Part shown: piece after piece, positions 40,285-48,421 of the stretch
Layout: each line of letters begins with the position of its first letter
Numbering within the stretch: position 1 is the stretch's first letter
IMG/VR virus record: IMGVR_UViG_3300042561_002102
Source of the DNA: a virus
Taxonomy: Duplodnaviria; Caudoviricetes
Direction: 5' to 3' (one strand)
DNA: 64,000 bases
Notes under the pieces: model-generated
Databases searched by the model: none
What the model saw: only the letters and a program-made list of their open reading frames with translations
Told to the model about the DNA's origin: nothing
Program-made: the position numbers and the translations under genes

Positions 40285-40315
40285 TTTGTATAGAGAGATA
40301 AAATGGGTATATTTG
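40285..40315 (+). promoter_or_regulatory. Bacteroidota-type housekeeping promoter
   Basis: TTTG (40285-88), 19-nt spacer, TATATTTG (40308-15), matching TTTG-N19-21-TAnnTTTG. Confidence 0.7.
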
Positions 40316-40331
40316 CATATAAATAGACTAT

Positions 40332-42785
40332 ATGAAGAAACTATTATCCTGGGCACTTAACGAGAAAGATGTTGAGAATTTTTGGAGAGCTCAACTTATG
40401 AAACTTTTTCCAGGTGGAAAAATGACCTCACCGTTCAATACAGACGGATATTTAGAGGATGACGGTGGTAAAGTCACTGTCTTGTTCGAAGCTAAATACG
40501 AACAAAATCTTAGCGATAAGTTGTCCCAGGTTTCTGTTTTATCTCAGACCTTATTCTACTTGAAAAAGTTTGAAAAAAATGGTCAAAGACTACCCAGAGT
40601 AGTTTTTATTGCTGATAGAAATGAAGCTTTCGCTCTACATACAAATTGTCTTGCAAAATATCTAGATTTTCCACTAGACTGGAACTCGGCAGCTTCGTCT
40701 AGTTCCAGATTGAATCCAGAGTTGATTTCTAAAATGTTAGAAGATGATACTATTTTACCTTTCGTTTTTAATGTAGTCGAAGGTTTCAATTTTGTAGCTA
40801 TTCAAAAAAAGATATTGAGTCTATCTCACGATGTAAAAAGATTAATAAAGATCACTGAGCACAACATCACTTCAGTGTTTGAATATTTTCAGAAAAATGT
40901 CTTAGTCAAGAATAAATTATCAGTCAATGAAACCGCTAATTTGTTTATTAACTTGATTATCAATCCTGAAGATAATTATCTACATCCAGTAAAAAGGCAT
41001 ACTCTAGTAACTAAATCGTTTGGTCCTATACAGATCAACGGTGAGAAGTTAATGGCATTTTTAGAGCACTTTGATGGTAATCAATATTGTATGGAAGAAA
41101 AAGAAAAACTTACTTCTATTGTTGATAGGCTTATCGAAGATGAAACAAGAAGAAGAAAAGGTGAGTTCTTCACACCTACAGTTTGGGTAGATGAAGCACA
41201 CAAGATGATCTCTGAAGCTTTTGGTGATAACTGGAAAGACGAGTATGTTGTGTGGGATCCCGCTTCGGGAACACTTAACTTGACCCGGGATTATCATTTT
41301 AGGGAGTTATACTGCTCAACTATTGAGGCGTCGGATTTACAAACAGCCGATCAGATGGGATATAATCCAGAGGCAGTCAAGTTTCAGTATGATTTTCTTA
41401 ATGATGGTATAGTTGATGGTAATATTGATATTGAAGGTGATACAAAATTACCAGAGGGTTTGAAAAGAGCTCTGTTAGAGGGTAAGAAGATGATTGTTTT
41501 GATGAATCCACCTTATGGAACTGCTAATAATGCCGGAACCACAGAAGGTGATCATAAATCAGGCATCGCCATGACCGAACTGAATAAGATGATGAAAGTT
41601 GAAAAATGGGGCGCTTCGTCTCAACAACTATATGCGCAATTTCTGTTTAGATTGACTAAGTATCACAATCTGAAAATTTGTCTTTTTTCTCCACCACTTT
41701 TTATGAGTGGAAGTTCTTATAAAGAATTCAGAAAAAAGTATTTTGATTTTTATGGATTTGATAGAGGATTTCTTATGAATGCAGGTGAATTTGATGGAAC
41801 ATCTGATTGGGGGTTGTCTTTCACAATTTGGTCAGATGTGAACAATGACAGAACTGATTTTGAGCTAAGTGTTGGAAGTTCTAATGAACTTGGTGATGTT
41901 GAGTTTTTTACAAATAAACTTATCTATAACTTAGATAATAAATTAGAAGCCTCGAAATGGGTTAGGTCGCCATTGAAAGGATTGAAAACTTTTGATGTTC
42001 CAAATTTTTCTAGTGGATTAAAACTCAAAAATTCTGGTATATGTAAAGTTATCAAAAATAATCTAGGTTATTCATACAGTGATAATAATAATATTGCTAA
42101 AAATAATCAGAGTGTTGGGTTATATAGTCTGTCCAACGCTGCTGCTCATGGATTTTCTATCAATGAATCTAATTTTATAATTTCATCCTGTCTATTCACT
42201 TCTAGAAGACTTATTTCTGGAAAACAAGCCACGTGGATAAATTGGTGTGACGAATATATGGCACCAGATGAATCACATCCACTTTGGGAACAATTTAGTT
42301 TAGATTCTATTGTCTATTCTCTATTTGAATCCAAATCAAACCAATCCTCCCTTCGTCAAATAGATTACAAAGACAAAAAGTGGGACATCAAGAATGAATT
42401 TTTCTGGATGTCTAAATCTGATATGTTAAAACTAGCATCGGATCATTCTTATGATGAACTCTATCGTGACGCCAGAACAACTGAAGAAAGACACGTCTAT
42501 AATCTTCTTCATAATGAGGGTATATACTCTCGTCTTTCACCTGACGCTCGTGAGGTTCTTGATATGGCAACAGAACTTGTTAAAAAGTCATTCCCTATGA
42601 GAAAACCACTCAATGAACAACATCCAGAGTATCACTTAAATACTTGGGACGCAGGTTGGTACCAAATCAAACTTATACTCAAAAAGTTCTATCCCGCTGA
42701 ACTTATCGAATTCGGTAGAAAATACAGAGCCTTTGAGGACAGAATGAGACCACTCGTGTATGAGGTTGGATTTTTGAGGAAATAA
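40332..42785 (+). CDS. Type IIG-like restriction endonuclease / N6-adenine methyltransferase fusion
   Basis: N-terminal TDG...FEAK (PD-(D/E)xK), GEFFTP, motif I VWDPASGT, motif IV NPPY, TRD-like C-terminus. Confidence 0.8.
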   Translation: MKKLLSWALNEKDVENFWRAQLMKLFPGGKMTSPFNTDGYLEDDGGKVTVLFEAKYEQNLSDKLSQVSVLSQTLFYLKKFEKNGQRLPRVVFIADRNEAFALHTNCLAKYLDFPLDWNSAASSSSRLNPELISKMLEDDTILPFVFNVVEGFNFVAIQKKILSLSHDVKRLIKITEHNITSVFEYFQKNVLVKNKLSVNETANLFINLIINPEDNYLHPVKRHTLVTKSFGPIQINGEKLMAFLEHFDGNQYCMEEKEKLTSIVDRLIEDETRRRKGEFFTPTVWVDEAHKMISEAFGDNWKDEYVVWDPASGTLNLTRDYHFRELYCSTIEASDLQTADQMGYNPEAVKFQYDFLNDGIVDGNIDIEGDTKLPEGLKRALLEGKKMIVLMNPPYGTANNAGTTEGDHKSGIAMTELNKMMKVEKWGASSQQLYAQFLFRLTKYHNLKICLFSPPLFMSGSSYKEFRKKYFDFYGFDRGFLMNAGEFDGTSDWGLSFTIWSDVNNDRTDFELSVGSSNELGDVEFFTNKLIYNLDNKLEASKWVRSPLKGLKTFDVPNFSSGLKLKNSGICKVIKNNLGYSYSDNNNIAKNNQSVGLYSLSNAAAHGFSINESNFIISSCLFTSRRLISGKQATWINWCDEYMAPDESHPLWEQFSLDSIVYSLFESKSNQSSLRQIDYKDKKWDIKNEFFWMSKSDMLKLASDHSYDELYRDARTTEERHVYNLLHNEGIYSRLSPDAREVLDMATELVKKSFPMRKPLNEQHPEYHLNTWDAGWYQIKLILKKFYPAELIEFGRKYRAFEDRMRPLVYEVGFLRK

Positions 42786-42867
42786 TACTATATAATTAAA
42801 CAACATAATTTCAAATTATATAAATGATAACCTTGATACAGCTTCAGGGTAAAAAAAAAATCATAGT

Positions 42868-44478
42868 ATGAATAATAATCAATTAGATCATTACGAACAA
42901 CCAGATGTTGAATTAAAAGATTTTTCAACAAATCAACAAAAACACAAAATCATCTTTACACCTAGATCTTTACAAGATATGGTGAAAGGTTCAGGATTTA
43001 CATTTAATCAATCTATAGCAGAATTTATCGATAATTCTTTAGATGCTGGCTCTACAAAAATAGAAATAAGTGCTAGGCGTCAAAAAAATGATTATTTTTC
43101 TATAGAAATAAAAGATAATGGAAGTGGTATGTCTGATGATATACTAGAAAAATTTACACAAATAGGTTATGGAAACCCGGAAAATTACTCTACTACACAA
43201 ATTTCTAATTATGGTTTAGGTGCGAAATTTGCTATAATCAACATTTGTAAAGAAGGCCCGGTCGTTATTGAAAGTGTATCTAATGGAAATAAAATAAAAT
43301 TGAATTTTTATACAGATATACAAGAACCTTATGTTTCAATTGAAAAAAAGGAAATTACTAACGAGGCTAATTATACAAAATTATACATACCTAATCTTGA
43401 GGTTAATGGTGCTAAAATTTCTAAAAATCAACTTGATTCTCTAAAAAAATTTATAGGCGCCACCTATTTTCCACACATAGAACGCGGAAATCCTTTGAAA
43501 ATTGAATTTTCCGTAGATAGAGAAGAACCAGTTAGTATAGATTTCACAGATCCCATTTATAGAAATTTAACAGAAAGGGACGGAGTAGAGAAAAATGATG
43601 AACAATGTATGATAGATGGATACCTAATCTCAGTAAGAGGAAGGTGGTTCAATAAAATGCTATTTTCTACAGATAATTTCAATTTACACGACAGTAAACA
43701 AGGTGGAACTGGTTTTGCTGCAGCTAGAAGTGGGATTTATTGGAGACTCAACGGAAGATATATCAAAATGGGTGATGGGGATTTTATGAGTAGAGATTCT
43801 TTTCAACAAAAACTTAATCATTTAAGAATAGAGGTGGATTTAGATAGAGTTTTTATTGAAACTTTTGGTATAGGGTTCAATAAATCTAAAATTTCAATTG
43901 ATCGAAACAATGAAAAATTGAAAGATTTTTTCAATTTAATAAACGATATCATTAAATGGGCTGAGAAAAAATACATAGATCAAAATAAACAAAATACCTC
44001 ACAAGATCCAGAAATTACAGAAGAAAGAGACAATATAAATAGAGATCTTTCTGCTATTAGAAGACAAATAGGTCATGAAAATTATAATGAGCTTTTACCA
44101 GAACTCTCAAAAGCTAAAGTCTTAACAGAAAAAGAAAAAACCGAGAAAACCAAAAATAGACCTGATGGATTGCAATATAAAAAATCTAACCTTCAGTTTA
44201 GGTATGTCAACAATGGAAAGTTTGATAGAGCTTTTGGTTACGGTAAAGAAAACGGTCAATTGGTCGTAGATCTAAATTTGGATCATCCATTTGTTGAAAA
44301 TTATATAAAAGCAGATAGATCGTCGAAAAAAGCTTTTGATATGATGCTTTTATCCTTCATAGAGGGATTACTTGATACTAGACGTGAATTCAACTCTGAT
44401 GTAGATTTTGCTAATTGGGAAGATTACATGGTAGACAACTTCAGTCGTAGAATGTCCAGGTACTTTACACACTATTGA
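42868..44478 (+). CDS. MORC-type GHKL ATPase
   Basis: AEFIDNSLDA, DNGSGM, SNYGLGAK; S5-like GIYWRLNGR; C-terminal LNLDHPF. Confidence 0.85.
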   Translation: MNNNQLDHYEQPDVELKDFSTNQQKHKIIFTPRSLQDMVKGSGFTFNQSIAEFIDNSLDAGSTKIEISARRQKNDYFSIEIKDNGSGMSDDILEKFTQIGYGNPENYSTTQISNYGLGAKFAIINICKEGPVVIESVSNGNKIKLNFYTDIQEPYVSIEKKEITNEANYTKLYIPNLEVNGAKISKNQLDSLKKFIGATYFPHIERGNPLKIEFSVDREEPVSIDFTDPIYRNLTERDGVEKNDEQCMIDGYLISVRGRWFNKMLFSTDNFNLHDSKQGGTGFAAARSGIYWRLNGRYIKMGDGDFMSRDSFQQKLNHLRIEVDLDRVFIETFGIGFNKSKISIDRNNEKLKDFFNLINDIIKWAEKKYIDQNKQNTSQDPEITEERDNINRDLSAIRRQIGHENYNELLPELSKAKVLTEKEKTEKTKNRPDGLQYKKSNLQFRYVNNGKFDRAFGYGKENGQLVVDLNLDHPFVENYIKADRSSKKAFDMMLLSFIEGLLDTRREFNSDVDFANWEDYMVDNFSRRMSRYFTHY

Positions 44479-44640
44479 AAGAACTTAAATTTTTCAATTT
44501 TTATTCCACTTTTTTTATTTTTATTCGTATTATTGTCTAATAAAATACAAAGAACTCTATCTGATAACGAATCAATATGTCCATTCAAAGTATTTTTACA
44601 AAAAACTCGTGCTGGACGAAGAAAAAAATAATTTATTAAA

Positions 44641-45285
44641 ATGATAAGAACTTTTCATCAATTTATTCGACAAACATGTTGGAAATCAGATGACAAATAT
44701 GCTATAATAGGAACAATTCATCCACATAGAGTAGATGATTTTGATCTGAACTTTTTTTATGGAAATAAGGGTTTTCTCTGGAGCATACTCGGACAAGCTT
44801 TTCCAAATCTAGATTTTACAACCGTAGAATCTATAAAAAGAATACTATCGAGAAATCGTATTTGGATTACAGATATGATTGAAGAATGTAGTAGGCCACA
44901 TGAGAGAGAAACCAGAGATAGTCATCTATATGATTTGAAATTGAATACTAAACTTATAGAAGAAGGTCTTCGGGGATCACAAATTGATACTATATTTCTA
45001 ACTTCAAGATTTGAAAGGAATAACGCTGCTGAATTGTTTATAAGAGCTTTTGGTTTAGATCTTTTATCATGGAACGAAGAATTATCACAGTTCATTATAC
45101 CTTCTTCTAAATTTGGTAGAGAAATCAGAGCAGTAGTTCTCTTCTCACCGTCTGGTCGTGCGAATCTTGGTATTTCTAGATCAAAATCATATCTAGCCAG
45201 TAAAGATAGATACGGTCAAGAAAAGAATCCAGTGGCTTTATTCAAGATTGATTTTTATAGAGATAAATTCGCATTCTTAGTATAA
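44641..45285 (+). CDS. Uracil-DNA glycosylase superfamily (Mug-like) protein
   Basis: IIGTIHP, FFYGN..FLW, IWITD, C-terminal LFSPSG. Confidence 0.65.
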   Translation: MIRTFHQFIRQTCWKSDDKYAIIGTIHPHRVDDFDLNFFYGNKGFLWSILGQAFPNLDFTTVESIKRILSRNRIWITDMIEECSRPHERETRDSHLYDLKLNTKLIEEGLRGSQIDTIFLTSRFERNNAAELFIRAFGLDLLSWNEELSQFIIPSSKFGREIRAVVLFSPSGRANLGISRSKSYLASKDRYGQEKNPVALFKIDFYRDKFAFLV

Positions 45286-45306
45286 ATATTTTTATATATA
45301 CCCAAG

Positions 45307-46080
45307 ATGACAAACAACTTTAGAGTCTTAAAATGGAAAGATCATTCGCAAAGTATCGATCTAGCTCAAGATTTTCTAGAAAATATCAAATCTTCTCTAT
45401 TTGAGGCGAAAACCGAAAACGATGAAAATGAAATAAAAAAGTTTCTCGAAAAAGTTAAAGCGGACCTTTCTCTAAACTTTGCCTTTGCCTCTACTTTTGG
45501 AACCGGTGTTGGATTTGCTCTACCTATTGTTAAAGATCTTATAGAAAATGGGAATCTTCAAATCGAAGCTTCTTCAGAAAACTTGATACTTCTTACGATT
45601 ACTTGTTTTACTATAACCTACTTAGAAATCAAAAAAGGTCAACTAGAACCTTTACAAGTAGATCTTCTTAGAAAAGATTCAAAAAGTCTTCTTACAGAAC
45701 TTAAACTCAGAGGTATTGGTGGTGGCATTGTTAAAAAAGTTATTCAAGTTTTTGAGGTCATTTCTCAGATTTTCAACTACATTTTCAAGGCTTTCGGTCT
45801 AGTTGTTCAGGGATTTTTAGATATTTTTGCCTATACAACGATTCTTGTTCCTTTTATGAACGGCGTGAAACATATCGTAGGTAAATACGATCTCACGGTT
45901 GATAATTTTGTAGGAAACTTTACTTCACTTGGTATTGGTGTTACTTCACTTGTTGCTAAGCATGGAATAAACTACATCAAATCAAAACTCAAGAAGAACC
46001 TTGGTAAAGATTTTGATGGATTAGATACAACGAAATCTTCACAAAACGAAGTAGAAATAATACAAGATAAGTTTTTTTAG
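45307..46080 (+). CDS. Hypothetical membrane-associated protein
   Basis: Several Gly-rich hydrophobic segments; TATATA 6 nt upstream. Confidence 0.75.
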   Translation: MTNNFRVLKWKDHSQSIDLAQDFLENIKSSLFEAKTENDENEIKKFLEKVKADLSLNFAFASTFGTGVGFALPIVKDLIENGNLQIEASSENLILLTITCFTITYLEIKKGQLEPLQVDLLRKDSKSLLTELKLRGIGGGIVKKVIQVFEVISQIFNYIFKAFGLVVQGFLDIFAYTTILVPFMNGVKHIVGKYDLTVDNFVGNFTSLGIGVTSLVAKHGINYIKSKLKKNLGKDFDGLDTTKSSQNEVEIIQDKFF

Positions 46081-46113
46081 AACATTTTTAGCTTTTTTAT
46101 ATAGAAATGAAAC

Positions 46114-47451
46114 ATGACTATTTCTCTAGAAAAGATATTCTTTGTTTGGATATTACAAAATAAAAGCTTCTTTGCTAAAGTAGAATCAAACTACTTTAGA
46201 AATAAGGAGATTGAAACCATTTATAGAATAGTTAAAAAATACCTGGTAGAAAATCCAGAAGCAGAAGTTCCTTCACCAAAACAAATCTGGGAGATGGTAT
46301 CTCTAGAAGATAGAGATGGTCTTATTACTCGAGAAATCTTTAAGGCTATTCTTACAACTTCACTGAGTGAATATAATGAAGATCACTTTATACGACCTAA
46401 AATAGCTACTTGGATACTTACCAACCGTATGAAAAGCGGTGGTGTTGATATTATCGAAGAGCTCAGATCACTTGATAACAAAGTAGAGCTCGAAGAGGTA
46501 CAAACTTCAGCAGGTAAGATAAAAGAAATCGTTGATCTTATGTCTAAAGTTGAACTTGAAGACGACGAAGATCTAGGTAGTGATTTCGATGTAGCTGAAT
46601 CACACGTTCAAGATAACTCAAAGTTTAAGGTAAAGTCAGGATTTGAAACGATTGATCATATGCTCGGTGGTGGGTGGGATATACAAACCTTAAATTGTGT
46701 GATGGCCGAGACCTCGAACGGTAAGTCGTTATGGATGCAGAACTTCGCCTGTAAATCAGCCGATAACGGATTTAATGTTCTCTACATCACTTTAGAGATG
46801 AGTGAAAGAAAAGTCATGAAACGACTGGGTTCAATGCGACTTAAAGTTCCTATTAACGATTACGACAGAATATCAAAAGATACACCACTCATCTCTAGAA
46901 AAATCGAAGCCTTGAAATCTCAAGGTCAAGATATGGGTCAAGATCTTTTTGAGAAGAAACTTGGTAAAATCATTACCAAATTCTGGGCTGCTGGAACAGC
47001 TACCGTAGCTGATTTTGATAACTTTATACAAAAACTTCGTGATAAAAGAGGAATCAAAATTGATTTGATTATTGTAGATTATATTACACTTGTAGCTCCA
47101 CCAAAAGGCATCGGTGGTGATTCACTCTATATCCGCGGAAAGAATATAGCCGAAGGTCTAAGAGCTCTGGGAGCTAAGTGGAACGCACCGGTCATCACCG
47201 GTATACAAGTAGCTAAAGACGCATGGAACTCGTCTGATATAACACTAGAATCAGTTCCAGAATCAAAAGCCATCGCTGAGACAGCAGATACATTTTTTGC
47301 CATTATAAGAACTGAAGAGATGAAACGGGCTAAATATTATAGATTTAAATTATTAAAACAAAGAGACGGCGATTTTTTAAGATCACAAATAAAAATAAAT
47401 TTGAACGATAGTTACTTAACTCTCGAAAATGATCAATTTATTGATCAGTAA
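46114..47451 (+). CDS. gp41: Replicative DNA helicase (T4 gp41/DnaB-like)
   Basis: MAETSNGKS, YITLEMSE, IIVDY, ITGIQ, LKQR. Confidence 0.9.
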   Translation: MTISLEKIFFVWILQNKSFFAKVESNYFRNKEIETIYRIVKKYLVENPEAEVPSPKQIWEMVSLEDRDGLITREIFKAILTTSLSEYNEDHFIRPKIATWILTNRMKSGGVDIIEELRSLDNKVELEEVQTSAGKIKEIVDLMSKVELEDDEDLGSDFDVAESHVQDNSKFKVKSGFETIDHMLGGGWDIQTLNCVMAETSNGKSLWMQNFACKSADNGFNVLYITLEMSERKVMKRLGSMRLKVPINDYDRISKDTPLISRKIEALKSQGQDMGQDLFEKKLGKIITKFWAAGTATVADFDNFIQKLRDKRGIKIDLIIVDYITLVAPPKGIGGDSLYIRGKNIAEGLRALGAKWNAPVITGIQVAKDAWNSSDITLESVPESKAIAETADTFFAIIRTEEMKRAKYYRFKLLKQRDGDFLRSQIKINLNDSYLTLENDQFIDQ

Positions 47452-47486
47452 ATTCAATTAATTGAACTAAAAAGAAAAAATTATGA

Positions 47487-48380
47487 ATGAAAGAAAACGA
47501 CGAAGAACCGATCGTCCCTGAGCCAAATGATGAAGAAATCAGCGAAGAGATTATCTTTGATGATGACGAATCTGGAGATATAGTAATAGAAATTGAAGAA
47601 GACCTGGACGATTTCTTAAAACCAGTAGAAGAGATAGCAGTAGAGAGCGATCCATTTGGCTCAGCGGATCTTAGCGTTTCCAAGCACGCTGAAGAAGGTA
47701 AGCACCGCCTAAAATACGATACTATTTTCAAGGGCAAAAAAGATAACATCACACCAGAAGATGAACTCGAAGAACATATCAACTACGAAAATCTAGAGGT
47801 TGATAAATCATCAACTTATTGGTTTGAATCTCAAGATAATGAAAATTATATTCGCGAGAAAAAAGTAAAAGAGCGAATCTATAAAGTTCTTTCCCAAAAA
47901 ACCGATTTAAACTTTGTAAATAATCGTAGAAAACCATCAAGAGTAGATTTCAATAACTACTATTACATCTTAAAAACATCTCTAGTAGATGAAGGTTTCA
48001 CAAACGTTGAGATATTTAATGAGTTATCGGTTTATTTTTCAGATAACCTTTTCAATATGTTCAAGCTTCTAGATAATAAATGGAGAAATCTCATTATAAA
48101 CGAACTACAAGAGCATATCGGCAAAAGAAACTACTCAAAGGATGTTGAATATAAAAATATTTTTATAGGAACAGAGATAGAATTTGCCTGGTTCGATGAA
48201 TTCGGAAACGAGATAAAAATAACCGGCGCGGTAGTTGAGAAGGTAGAATCGGAAGATTATCTAAAAGTTGATTCCTACGAGAGATTCTATGAGATGAAGC
48301 TCTCGAACGTTCTTAGAATATTAAATAACACAAAGTTCAAAAATAATCTCAATAAGTTAAACAACCTAGACTTTCTATAA
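47487..48380 (+). CDS. Hypothetical protein with acidic N-terminus
   Basis: 297-aa ORF. Confidence 0.8.
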   Translation: MKENDEEPIVPEPNDEEISEEIIFDDDESGDIVIEIEEDLDDFLKPVEEIAVESDPFGSADLSVSKHAEEGKHRLKYDTIFKGKKDNITPEDELEEHINYENLEVDKSSTYWFESQDNENYIREKKVKERIYKVLSQKTDLNFVNNRRKPSRVDFNNYYYILKTSLVDEGFTNVEIFNELSVYFSDNLFNMFKLLDNKWRNLIINELQEHIGKRNYSKDVEYKNIFIGTEIEFAWFDEFGNEIKITGAVVEKVESEDYLKVDSYERFYEMKLSNVLRILNNTKFKNNLNKLNNLDFL

Positions 48381-48421
48381 ATCTTTTTTTGCTCTAACTA
48401 TATAATAATCCACTAAAAAAA

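Noticed and set aside
40174-40356. 60-aa minus-strand ORF upstream of the RM gene
   Set aside because: Overlaps the host-type promoter and RM start, with no recognisable motif; probably spurious.
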